The notes below the pieces were generated by a model. That model was not told the DNA's origin. It saw only the letters and a list, made by a program, of their open reading frames with translations, and ran no database searches. The position numbers and the translations under genes are program-made. DNA of 64,000 nt, from assembly GCA_938029215.1 (NCBI GenBank), contig CALHFG010000018.1, forward strand, positions 4,632-68,631, written 5' to 3'. Source of the DNA: an uncultured Acidimicrobiales bacterium (GTDB lineage Bacteria > Actinomycetota > Acidimicrobiia > Acidimicrobiales > SZUA-35). Shown one piece after another: positions 28,701 through 37,616 of the stretch; positions within the stretch are counted from its first letter, which is position 1; each line of letters begins with the position of its first letter.

Positions 28701-30813
28701 ACAGACCCAGTTCAGTGGCGAAGGCGGCACCTGTCTCGGACTCAATGAGCTCAGTGCGTCTCCCCTCTACACCGGCCCGAACCCGGTTCAGTTCGGCAAG
28801 CACACCGCTGACTTGCTCGAGCACATTGGTTCGGACGCGAGGATCATCGACAACGAGATCACTTACGGTTCCAGCGACCACGTCCATTGATCCCGCCACC
28901 GCGTCGACCTGTTCGAGCAGGTCGTTGGCCGTTACGGACGAGTCGGCTGTGGGAATCTGTGCTTCGATCGCAACCAGGCGATCGTGGTAGGGAGAAAAGG
29001 CGCCCTCACTGGCGAGGTGAGCCGCGGCCGTCTGCGCAAGAGCGTTGTAAGAACCCTCGGCGTCTTCGATCAGTTCATCCACCCGGTCGGTGTCGATCTG
29101 GCGTCGCTCGCGAACCGTGTGCAGATGACCGATCTCGGTGCGAACGGCGGCAAGGCCGTCGATAAAGGCCTCGGTTGTGCGAGGTGGGCTTATACGGAGG
29201 TCTTCGAGAACTCGCGATACCGAGTCTTCCGCTTCAGCCAGAGCCGAGCCCGCCGCACTCTGGATCTCCAGCATGCGCTCAAACTCGTCGATGACCTGCT
29301 CGGCCGCAAGACGAATGTTCTTAGCTGGGTCGGCCAGATCGCCTACTTCGGTGTCACTGGACCAGTGGTGAGCATCCACGAAGCGGCCGGCCGAGGTGAG
29401 CAGGTCGCCGTACACCTCCGAACTTGGCTCGACTGCTTCGACCAGGCGAGTGAGCGCCAACGCGTCGGCGATTCCTCGAACCAGGGCTGCGTTACCAATT
29501 CGATCCAGTTCGCTGGTCGAACGCGGTTGTGCCTCGTACCACTCGACGGTCGAGAAGGGGGTTGACCAAATTTGGATTGGATGAATTCTTGTCGGTTCGG
29601 CCTCTTCGCGGAACACCACCATGGTCCCGTCCTCGAAGAAGGTGTGGCCGTGACAGGTGATTGGGGCAGTAACTTCCTGACGCACAACGTTGTAGGGCAT
29701 CAAGATGCTCACACCGGTCTCGCGCTCATGGAACACATACAACACGTCTTCACCATTAGGTGAACGCTGGACTTCGAGCAGCTCCATGTTGGCCGGATCG
29801 AGATCAAAGGTGCGGACCTCACCGGTCTTCAAATACACCCCGGAGGGAAAGATGATCCCTTGACCGTCTGGCAACTGGCGGAAGGCTTGTCCTAGATCGT
29901 CGAGCCGAACCGCGGAGTGGGTTAGCAGGTTGATCACGTAGTAGCGATGGTGCAGTTCGCCGTAGGGCAAGACGTCGAGAATGATGAAGTCGCCGCCCGC
30001 CTTGGCCCAGCTGATCTGGCAATCCGCCAGAGATTGATCAGCATGCTCCATCGGGTCAGAGAGCAGTTCGGTGCCCTCTCCCCCGTCGTCAAACAGAATC
30101 TGCAGAGTGCCCTGGAGGGGGTTAATCACAATCCGGTCATCGATCGCCACGTGCGTGGCGCCCACGTGGTCAGCGCGGGTGGTCATCGTCCATTCGGCGT
30201 CGTGGTGTGCGGGAAACTTGTGGTCCCGCTCCCCTCGGGCGTCGAGATAGCGAAGCGTCTTGTTGACCTCAATCTGCCACCGCAACACGCGAATGTCGTT
30301 CTTGGCGCTACCGGTGCGAAACACAGCCAGGAGACGGTCCTGACGGCGATACAGCTGTTGGAGTTGGCTCTCCTTGAAATAGGTGTGAAGTTCGCCGAAA
30401 TCGCGATGAAACTGGTCGTCGTCGAGGGCGGAACCGGTGAGACCTTCAGGGTTCGGATTGAGGATGACGGTCCGCGGGTCGCTGGTGTCACGCTCGTAGT
30501 GATGCACCGCGAACACGTCTTCGCTCCGGATCTCGCTCTTGATCCCTGCTGCAACGTTGTATGCGAAGACCATCTGGTCACCGACCGTGGCGACATCTCG
30601 AGGGACGGCGTTGGCCTCGGTGCGGACCCGCTCGGTCCCCAACAGCTCGAGCTGAGAGGCACCGAAGGTTTCGAGGCGTCGCTCGTTCAGCGCATTTGCT
30701 CGGTCGGCCAAGTCCGCAGCCGCGGCTTCAAGCCGCCCACGCAACAGGTCATAGGTCGATTGTGAGACCGCTTGGTTCTCAGACACTGTTCGGTTGCCTT
30801 TGCTCGTTCTCAA
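25780..30813 (-). CDS. Giant (1677-aa) uncharacterised protein with a single AAA+ (AAA_5/MoxR-like) ATPase module in its C-terminal third and long predicted coiled-coil/helical regions
   Basis: Walker A LLSPPGYGKTT at about 26990-27012, Walker B ILYLDDIQ and a sensor-1-like AVIMAGNP. The N-terminal ~1250 aa has no motif I recognise. It starts at TTG 30813 (SD GGAGGG 12 nt upstream), or alternatively GTG 30789. It lies 212 nt downstream of flotillin on the same strand. Confidence 0.6.
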   Translation of the reverse strand: MRTSKGNRTVSENQAVSQSTYDLLRGRLEAAAADLADRANALNERRLETFGASQLELLGTERVRTEANAVPRDVATVGDQMVFAYNVAAGIKSEIRSEDVFAVHHYERDTSDPRTVILNPNPEGLTGSALDDDQFHRDFGELHTYFKESQLQQLYRRQDRLLAVFRTGSAKNDIRVLRWQIEVNKTLRYLDARGERDHKFPAHHDAEWTMTTRADHVGATHVAIDDRIVINPLQGTLQILFDDGGEGTELLSDPMEHADQSLADCQISWAKAGGDFIILDVLPYGELHHRYYVINLLTHSAVRLDDLGQAFRQLPDGQGIIFPSGVYLKTGEVRTFDLDPANMELLEVQRSPNGEDVLYVFHERETGVSILMPYNVVRQEVTAPITCHGHTFFEDGTMVVFREEAEPTRIHPIQIWSTPFSTVEWYEAQPRSTSELDRIGNAALVRGIADALALTRLVEAVEPSSEVYGDLLTSAGRFVDAHHWSSDTEVGDLADPAKNIRLAAEQVIDEFERMLEIQSAAGSALAEAEDSVSRVLEDLRISPPRTTEAFIDGLAAVRTEIGHLHTVRERRQIDTDRVDELIEDAEGSYNALAQTAAAHLASEGAFSPYHDRLVAIEAQIPTADSSVTANDLLEQVDAVAGSMDVVAGTVSDLVVDDPRVRTNVLEQVSGVLAELNRVRAGVEGRRTELIESETGAAFATELGLFGQSIATAVGRAGTPEECDEALARLLLQLEQLETAGPRTDAQLDELASRRDQVSEALSGKRQQLVDDRQQRSERLVSAATRTLDRVIQRASQLGSADEINGFFAADPMVGRIRKLVEDLRELGEPVRADELGSRLGAARDGAARSLRDRQDLYDGDAVKLGRHRFSVDRRSRELTIVPSEDQLDAVLTGTELRLPVHSDELDGAKDLWSQPFASETADLYRSTFLAFDVMAGLMSDRDQMERLFTAPGPGATETIADRVMPIMQSEVDNRLDEGYDRGVHDVDAAKIAEAAGPALLAAGPLVTSGAERGRAILAWAAADDSKRQQWIDRGTAAEALSVSAAVSSALSVEVGDDFNLSAAAARYLMSELTHPKGLGFATTPGAAGLTQSMRKNRAVAELLERIGDDTEAASVVLTDFLQRTAQPNELPFVDEVAVALLTPDLPRRTYDADLGFVASGLIGQHPTLVGGSLEGRVDDVFAVVSDHVARVVPAHRRFGEARRSTLEDLRKRLRIDDLEPSVPEGFVRNQLIDKVYLPLIGDNLARQIGTVEDRTGARSGLLMLLSPPGYGKTTLVEYLADRLGMALVKVSGPGLGHDVTSLDPGQAPSATAAREIDRINLSFAVGTNVILYLDDIQHTNPEFLQRFISLTDGQRRIEGVWNGESRTFDLRGKRFAVIMAGNPYTESGERFQIPDMLANRADTYNLGDVVGGNDEVFARSYLENALTANPVLAPLAGSAPEDFNAFLRAAAGEPLPESTLAGSYSSAEINEMIAALRHLITTQQTVLAVNRQYIASAATEDSYRTEPPFLLQGSYRNMARLASKIVPAMTEEEVQQLLDDHYIAESQSLTGAAEANLLKLADLRGRMTDEQRVRWDEILDTFNRRQRLGGGDSDPVTRVVAAIEGVSTSMGQGFGVAPSSGGPAEATKPHSSGDLDRLIEAIEKVSGALEMQDPLAARAIDLLASTAAKTRAESDEP

Positions 30814-31025
30814 ACAACAAGTCTTCCCTCCGAACCCTCAACGACTCGCCATGAGCGAGGGACCGAGGTTGCCGCCGCGCCAGCAAGGCAGCACGCAACG
30901 ACACCAAGACTGTTTGAGCGGAGCGAGTCCGGAGCGACCCGACCTGATCAATGTCGAACGAGCCCGGGAACGGTTCCGGAAAGAGAGCGTTCGCCACGGT
31001 CCGCTTGAGGCGAGCGAAGGCAATG

Positions 31026-32975
31026 TCACTGTCCGAGGCGCTTCATGAGGTCGGCTACGGAAAGGTCACGTATGCCTTCGGCTCCCAAACCACTGATCGC
31101 GTCGGCGATCTTGGCGATGAGATCCTCATCGCCGTTGGTGTAGCGCTCAGCGATCGCCGACAACGTGTCCGACTTCTCGATCATGCCGTCGACCTGCTTG
31201 CCCTGGCCAATGGAGCCCATGAGCTTGTCGACGAACATGTCGGATCCGCCGACGATGTCGATGTTGGCCGCTTCGAGGCCGGCCTTCATTGCGCTGGCCT
31301 GAGCGGTCGCGACGCCAACCTGGGCTTCGACCTCGGCCAAACGAACCGACGTGTCGGCTTCGAGCCGGCGAATGAACTCTTCGTGTTCCTGCCCAACGCC
31401 TTCGAGCTCTCGCATGGCAGCTGCCTTGTCGGTGAGACCCTTGGCCTCGCCCTTCAGCTTGGCTTCGGTGACCTCGGCTTCGGCAAGTCCTGCATCACGA
31501 AGGGTGGATGCCTCGGCTTCGCCCAGTTCACGGACCGCGACGGCTCGAGCCTTGTCGATGTTCACCTGAGCGAGACCGAGTTTCTCATCGGCCCGTGCTC
31601 GGGCCTCCATTACTTCCACCTGAGCAAGTCCAGTGGCTGCGCTCTCGGCTTGGTTACCTTCGGCGAGACGGATCTTGGCCTGGGCCTCGAGCTGGCTCGA
31701 TTCCAGTTCGGCCTTGGCCATACGGACCTGTTCAGCCGCACGGTGTTCTGCCGCGGCCTCGGCTGCTTCGGCTGCTTTGATGTCCTTCACCAACGCCGCC
31801 TGAGCATCTCCCTCGGCCAGGATGACTGCAGCATCCTTCTGACGGTTCGCTTCTTCGACCACCCGAAGGCTGGCGATTTCTTCTTCTTGCTCGGCCACGG
31901 TTTTCTCGACCGCAACTCGGCTGCGGCGAAGATCGGCTATTCCCGCCAACTCTTCTTCCAACGCTTTCTCGGCTGCAAGCGTCTCGACCTTTCGGCTCAT
32001 GTCTTCAAGTTCGGCCGCCTTGCGAACACGCTCGGACTCGACCGCGAGTACCCGCTCGCGGTTCTTGGCTGCAACGGCGACTTCTCGTTCGAGGTTCTCG
32101 CGCTCAATACCAAGCTTTTGATCCACCTCAAGAGCTGCCATTTCAGCCTTCAGACGTTCCTCGGACCGAATCGCCTCTGTGGTGGCTTCTTCGCGGGCCT
32201 TAACGGTTTCGACCTCTCGGCTCTGACGGGCCTCCGCATCAGCTTGCTGACGCTCTAGTTCCAGCACCGCCTCACGAGTCTCAACGTTTTTCGCCGTGAT
32301 CATCTTGCGCTCATCGTTCTGAGCATTATTGGTGGCCACGTGTTCGGTAGCGGTCAGTTCGGTGATCTTTCGGATTCCCTGGGCGTCCAGGATGTTGTTG
32401 GAGTCCAGCGCACTAAGAGGCGTCTGCTCCAGGTAGTCGATGGCGACATCTTCAAGGCTGTAGCCGTTGAGGTCGGTTCCGATGACCTCGATGATCCGGT
32501 CACGGAAGTTGGCGCGCTCGGTGTAGAGCGAGATGAAATCCATCTGCTTGCCAACGGTCTTCAATGCCTCAGAGAACTTGGCCGCGAAGAGTTCCTCGAG
32601 CGTTGCGATGTTGCTGGCTCGTTCACAACCGATGGCCTGGGCCACCTTGATCACGTCCTCCTTCGCTTTGTTCACACGAACGAAGAAGTTCACCTTGATG
32701 TCGGCCCGAATGTTGTCCTGGCAGATGAGGCCCTCGGTGTTGCGGCGGTCGATCTCGATCGTCTTGACCGAGATGTCCATGGTCTCAGCCTTGTGAATCA
32801 CTGGCAGAACCATTTGGCCGGTAAAGGTGACATCGACCTTCTTCTGGCCACTGACCACGAGCGCGTAGCCCTGCGGGACCTTGCGATAGAAGCTGGCGAA
32901 GAGCAAGCCCACGACAACTGCCAGCAGCAGAAAGGCGACGACGACCGCTATCGCTACGAAGATGATGGTTTCCAT
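31026..32975 (-). CDS. Flotillin (SPFH/band-7 family, YqiK/FloT-like)
   Basis: An N-terminal membrane anchor and SPFH domain (MVLPVIHKAETMDISVKTIEIDRR...ADIKVNFFVRV), followed by a long Ala/Glu-rich coiled coil (EAEARQSREVETVKAREEA...). Confidence 0.8.
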   Translation of the reverse strand: METIIFVAIAVVVAFLLLAVVVGLLFASFYRKVPQGYALVVSGQKKVDVTFTGQMVLPVIHKAETMDISVKTIEIDRRNTEGLICQDNIRADIKVNFFVRVNKAKEDVIKVAQAIGCERASNIATLEELFAAKFSEALKTVGKQMDFISLYTERANFRDRIIEVIGTDLNGYSLEDVAIDYLEQTPLSALDSNNILDAQGIRKITELTATEHVATNNAQNDERKMITAKNVETREAVLELERQQADAEARQSREVETVKAREEATTEAIRSEERLKAEMAALEVDQKLGIERENLEREVAVAAKNRERVLAVESERVRKAAELEDMSRKVETLAAEKALEEELAGIADLRRSRVAVEKTVAEQEEEIASLRVVEEANRQKDAAVILAEGDAQAALVKDIKAAEAAEAAAEHRAAEQVRMAKAELESSQLEAQAKIRLAEGNQAESAATGLAQVEVMEARARADEKLGLAQVNIDKARAVAVRELGEAEASTLRDAGLAEAEVTEAKLKGEAKGLTDKAAAMRELEGVGQEHEEFIRRLEADTSVRLAEVEAQVGVATAQASAMKAGLEAANIDIVGGSDMFVDKLMGSIGQGKQVDGMIEKSDTLSAIAERYTNGDEDLIAKIADAISGLGAEGIRDLSVADLMKRLGQ

Positions 32976-33140
32976 TCCGGTTGTTTCCTTTCAGAAGAAA
33001 CGTTGGTAGTAAATCGGCTGTGTTCAGGGAGTACTTAGCCAACGGACGGCGAGGCCGATCCGAGGGACCCTGGCGAGAACATTTTGTTGTTTTGGGCGAG
33101 TTGAGGCGAGATCAGTGATTGACCTCATCGGTGAAAGTCG

Positions 33141-33788
33141 TCAGCTGACCGCTTCCACGTCCGGCGAGATTTGAAACAGCCCGTCGCCGTCAACGGTGAC
33201 GATGAGGGCTTGAGATCCTTGGCGAAGCTCGTTGGCTTGTTCGCATCGAACCTGAATCAGATGGCTTCCGTGTTCGGAGTCCACAACCTCGGCTTGGCCA
33301 AAGGTGGAACTGACCGATCCGGTCTGAACAATACAGATCCGTCCAATGAGATCGTCCCGGCCAGGGGCTGGGTTGGGAGCAAACACCGGGCGTAGCGCTT
33401 GGCCAATGCGTCCGGTAATCAACCCGGAGACGATCAGAGCGCCAAGAAAGATAGCGAGAGCGGGAAGGAAGGACGCACTGCCGCTATCGGTCGTCAACGA
33501 AGTGGCGATCACGCTCACCGCCCAGCCAAACAGGCTGAGCAGCGTAAATGTGAGCGACAGCGGAATGTGATGAAGGTGGAACGTACGGAGCAGACCGCTC
33601 AGCCCGGTGCCGACATCGCTTTCGAGTTCCAGATCCAAATCGAGATCAACATCAAGATCCAGGTCAAGACCGTCGCCGCCTCCCCCGCCGAGAAGCGTGG
33701 TAAGAAGCCAGTAGCCGACCGAGATCAGAAGGAGCGTGGTGAAGATGACCGTTGGAAACCCAAACGAAACTTCGAGAACTCTGCCCAC
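33141..33788 (-). CDS. NfeD/YqiJ-like membrane protein (the usual flotillin partner), with a DLDLDVDLDLDLE acidic repeat
   Basis: Two hydrophobic segments and a C-terminal OB-fold-like region (GQAEVVDSEHGSHLIQVRCEQ...ALIVTVDG). It sits immediately upstream of the flotillin gene on the same strand. Confidence 0.65.
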   Translation of the reverse strand: MGRVLEVSFGFPTVIFTTLLLISVGYWLLTTLLGGGGGDGLDLDLDVDLDLDLELESDVGTGLSGLLRTFHLHHIPLSLTFTLLSLFGWAVSVIATSLTTDSGSASFLPALAIFLGALIVSGLITGRIGQALRPVFAPNPAPGRDDLIGRICIVQTGSVSSTFGQAEVVDSEHGSHLIQVRCEQANELRQGSQALIVTVDGDGLFQISPDVEAVS

Positions 33789-34132
33789 TAATCCCTTTCT
33801 GCAAGTGCTGAGTGTTTTCTAGCCTTGCGTTCGACTGTTATGCAAATAACGTCGGACCGTAGGGGTCGGTTCCTGAGCAAGAACACCCAAACACTGCCGC
33901 CCCGACCCGTGTCGGCCACGATCAGTCGAGACGTTCGGAAAGAGACTCGATGGAAGACTGTCCGAACCGCCGCGGGTCGGACAATCCTTCCATCGATGCG
34001 TCGTCATGCCGGACGACCGCCTCTAGAGCCGCAAGCTCCTGTTGTAGACCGTAACGGCAGGTTGAAAGTCGACCTGAATACCTCGTGCGGGATACACCAA
34101 AGTTGATACGTGCCCATTGCGTGAGCGATGAA

Positions 34133-34990
34133 CTAACCGACATCCCGACGCTCGAAGACCGCCACTGCGACGACGGTCACCAGTCCGCAGATGAACAGCA
34201 ACAGCGCCAGGTTGTCCCATTGCCATCCTTCCCGCAGCGGAAACTGGCCAAGTGCCTGGTAGTAGAGCGAAAACATCTTGAACGGTTCAAGCCAAGAGAC
34301 CAACCCGCCCAGGCCGTTCAGTAGATACCCCGCCGCGAACAACACCGTTGCCGCCCCTACGGCTGAGCCGCGACGACCGGTCATCGCTCCAACCAGCAGC
34401 GCCACGAGACCGTGGACCACTACCAACAATGAAACAGCGAGAACGGTTGCCGCGAGAGACGTCCAGTCGATGTCCAACGCAACAAATCCATTCGCCACCA
34501 GGACGACCAGGCCTGGCACCGACGCCAGTCCCAGTGTGGTGACGCCGAGCGACAAGGCCTTCTCCACAACAACTCTCCAGCGACGGATCGGGTTGGCGAG
34601 AAGCAGGTCCATCGTGCCGTCGTGTTGCTCGCTCCCCATGCTTGCACCAAATCCGATCGCCCAGATAGACAACAGCAGCGGCAGGACAAGGTTGAAGAGC
34701 TCAGCGGACAGGTATCCCGTCCCGCTGGTGAGATCAAACGCGTCTTCGCCTCCCAAGAACTCCTTCAGCGCGTCCGGGTATTCTTCGGCCGCCTGCGCGA
34801 ACCCCGCGGAATCTCGGATGGTCGGGAACAGGGAAACGATCAGGACGGTGTAGACCAACAACCCAATCGCCCAGACCGCCATCGATCGCCAACGGTCGAG
34901 CACAAAACGCTCGGTCAGAGCCAGTGGGCTGCGGCGCTGTTCGACAAGGCCCGGAAGCGCAGTACCGATGCCCGATGCCTTGATATCCAC
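34133..34990 (-). CDS. ABC-2 type transporter permease
   Basis: A 6-TM permease whose start overlaps the stop of the upstream ABC ATPase (translational coupling). Confidence 0.6.
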   Translation of the reverse strand: MDIKASGIGTALPGLVEQRRSPLALTERFVLDRWRSMAVWAIGLLVYTVLIVSLFPTIRDSAGFAQAAEEYPDALKEFLGGEDAFDLTSGTGYLSAELFNLVLPLLLSIWAIGFGASMGSEQHDGTMDLLLANPIRRWRVVVEKALSLGVTTLGLASVPGLVVLVANGFVALDIDWTSLAATVLAVSLLVVVHGLVALLVGAMTGRRGSAVGAATVLFAAGYLLNGLGGLVSWLEPFKMFSLYYQALGQFPLREGWQWDNLALLLFICGLVTVVAVAVFERRDVG

Positions 34991-35928
34991 TACTGCCCCA
35001 CCTTCTGAATTTCTCGGCCGGTGCGATCAAAGGACTGCAGAAATACGTCCTCAAGCGACGCCGGCTGGCTGATGACATCGAGCACTCTGAACCGAGCGAG
35101 CCGCCGAACCAGATGTTCAAAGGACCCAGTTACTTGAAGCTCGAAGATGGTCTGCCCCACTACCGAGGGGACAACCTGTACCGCACCGACCCCATCGAGC
35201 CCGGCAATCTCCTCTGCCTGCACGACCTCATCGAGAACAAGGCGAACGCTGCGGTGGTGTAGCTCTGCAAGATCCGCGATCGCACGAACGCTTTCCAGGC
35301 GACCCTCGAGCACGGTTCCGACTCGATCGCAGACGTCCTGCACCTCGGAGAGTTCGTGCGAGGATACGAAAACCGTGGCCCCGAGTGCGGTCGTTTCATG
35401 GACCACCGAACGGAACTCACGCCGCACCACTGGGTCGAGGCCCGACGTGGGTTCGTCCAGAATCAGAAGGCTCGGACGATGACTGAACGCTTGAATCAAG
35501 CCAACTTTCTGTTGGTTCCCGGTGGAGAGCTCTCCAATTGGGCGGTGCGGGTCCAGCGCGAATCGTTCAATGAGCTCGTCGGTGAACGAGGCATCGTGGC
35601 GTCCACGAAGTCGACCGAGCCAGTCGAAGAATTCATCCGCAGTCAGACCCTCATAGAGCCGAATGTCGGAGGGCAGGTAGCCGGTGTGGGTGTGGATTTC
35701 CACGTTGGAGTGTCGAACGTTGCGTCCGAAAATTCGTGCCGATCCCGATGTGGGACGAATGAGATCGAGAAGCAGCCGGATCGTGGTGGTCTTTCCCGCC
35801 CCGTTGGGGCCGATCAAGCCGAACACCTCTCCAGCAAAGACCTCGAGGTCCAGGTCCTCGACGCCTCGCGATTGGCCGTATCGCTTCGTGAGTCGGCAGG
35901 TCTCAATTGCTGTTCCCACGTCCACCAC
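34990..35928 (-). CDS. ABC transporter ATP-binding protein
   Basis: Walker A GLIGPNGAGKTT, ABC signature LSTGNQQKV and Walker B LILDEPTSGLD. Confidence 0.85.
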   Translation of the reverse strand: MVDVGTAIETCRLTKRYGQSRGVEDLDLEVFAGEVFGLIGPNGAGKTTTIRLLLDLIRPTSGSARIFGRNVRHSNVEIHTHTGYLPSDIRLYEGLTADEFFDWLGRLRGRHDASFTDELIERFALDPHRPIGELSTGNQQKVGLIQAFSHRPSLLILDEPTSGLDPVVRREFRSVVHETTALGATVFVSSHELSEVQDVCDRVGTVLEGRLESVRAIADLAELHHRSVRLVLDEVVQAEEIAGLDGVGAVQVVPSVVGQTIFELQVTGSFEHLVRRLARFRVLDVISQPASLEDVFLQSFDRTGREIQKVGQ

Positions 35929-36782
35929 TACTCCGGTACGACAACGGTGACTGACGTCGGATGATGAGCGAGTGAGGTTGTGGTTGAGCCAAGCAAGAGA
36001 TGCGCGACTCCACGGTGACCTCGGGCCCCGATCACCAGCGCGTCGGCGTGCTGTGCCGCCCTTCGTAGCTCGAGCCTCGGGTCGCCGATATGGGCATCAA
36101 CCTCGATGATGTTCTCGATCTCCTCGGTGGTAGCGACATCGTGAACCGTTCGCTCGGCGACTGCGGTGAGCTCGGCAATCAGCTCGGAGTCGGGAGGGCT
36201 CGGGACACCAAAGGCGTGAACGATCCGCATGAAAGTCGCCATGACGACGACCGTTCCGCCGGGTTCAACGTGATCCAGCGCCCACCTCAGGGCAGCCTTG
36301 GAGTTCTGAGAGCCATCGACCCCGACGATGAGGCGAGACAAGCCACCGGAGGAACGATCGGGCGGGATTAGGGCAACCGGAACCTTCGAGTGCTTGACGC
36401 AATGGGAGCCGGTCGAACCGAGAACGGCTTCGGCGAGAGCGTTTCGAGACCGACATCCAACGACCAGTAGGTCGGCACCGAGTGCGGCATCGACCAAGGT
36501 GCGCCCGGCCGAGCCCTGCACGGTCCGGTGTTGCTTCGCAAGGGAGGGGTCAGTCGAGGAGAGCAGCACCATCGCTCGCGCCTCAGCTGATTCACGAAAC
36601 ACGTCCGGGTTGTAGGCAACAGATGTGGCCATTCCGAAACCATCGAAGATTGGCCCGACCGAAAACGCCGTCAGCGTGCGTACCTGTCCGACCTGCTTTT
36701 CGTTGCGAAGGGCCCATTCCAGGGCCTGGCGCGACGCCGCCGATCCATCAATCCCAACAACTACGTGGCTCTTTGTGGTCAT
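35928..36782 (-). CDS. Universal stress protein (tandem UspA domains)
   Basis: Two VVVGIDGS...LLVVGCRSR...GSTGSHCVKH repeats. Confidence 0.7.
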   Translation of the reverse strand: MTTKSHVVVGIDGSAASRQALEWALRNEKQVGQVRTLTAFSVGPIFDGFGMATSVAYNPDVFRESAEARAMVLLSSTDPSLAKQHRTVQGSAGRTLVDAALGADLLVVGCRSRNALAEAVLGSTGSHCVKHSKVPVALIPPDRSSGGLSRLIVGVDGSQNSKAALRWALDHVEPGGTVVVMATFMRIVHAFGVPSPPDSELIAELTAVAERTVHDVATTEEIENIIEVDAHIGDPRLELRRAAQHADALVIGARGHRGVAHLLLGSTTTSLAHHPTSVTVVVPE

Positions 36783-36927
36783 ACCTCATGGTGCTGGTAC
36801 GCCCAGCTTCCCCGGCAGGGCCCTTGGTCACTTCTGGTCCCGACGTTTTCTCATCGACCTATCAGAATTAGGGCGATCTCAACCGCGCCGCGACCTCAAC
36901 CACTCGCTGATCGTCAATATTCTGTGA

Positions 36928-37448
36928 CGATGACCACGATGCGCGGCGGCCTGCCTACTTCCGGGGACTTGTTTGCCTCCGGCGGCATGTTAGATTCCGG
37001 GGAGCCACTAGGCTCTCGCCCCAGTCGACAGTCAACGACCGAAGCCTCGCTGCGCGGCGCGCTAGGCGCAGAGCTCGCCAACATCGGCGGCGGACGAACC
37101 CAACTGTCAAGGTGGCTCGACGGTCGGGTCGCTCAAGACCAAATCGGCGACATCGTGCTCGTGTTCAGCGAACTTCTTACCAACGCGGTCGACGCGGCGC
37201 CGGCCGAGACCGAGGTGGCATATTTTGCTGCCGCCACGGCGCAACAGATCAAGCTCACCGTCGTGAATTCCCGATCGGAGCTGGGACCTGTCCTTCCCGT
37301 TGCGATGCCCAACCCTGAAGCAGAGTGTGGGCGAGGTCTGGCCCTGGCCGAGGTCTACTCCGACAAGTTGGAGATCCTCATGAACCTCGACGTCATCGAG
37401 GTGTGCGCAACCTTCATGCTTCCTTCGAAGGATCACTTCGCCGGCTAG
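36928..37448 (+). CDS. GHKL/HATPase_c-like anti-sigma regulatory factor (RsbW-like) protein
   Basis: Contains SELLTNAVDAA ... ECGRGLALAEVYSD. An internal ATG (MTTMRGG) was chosen because the ORF opening at 36765 overlaps the divergent Usp. Confidence 0.45.
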
Positions 37449-37616
37449 CAGCCAAGACCGGGCAACATCACCTGGTGGTGCCCGATAGCGCATCAAGCGA
37501 AGTGACCAAGGTCCGTTCCCGTGACCGTCAGGCAAACATTAGGTTCCAACGATCGAGGAGCCGACACGAATGCCTAACCCAACCACTCTCGCTGATGCGA
37601 ACAGCACGACCTTCGG

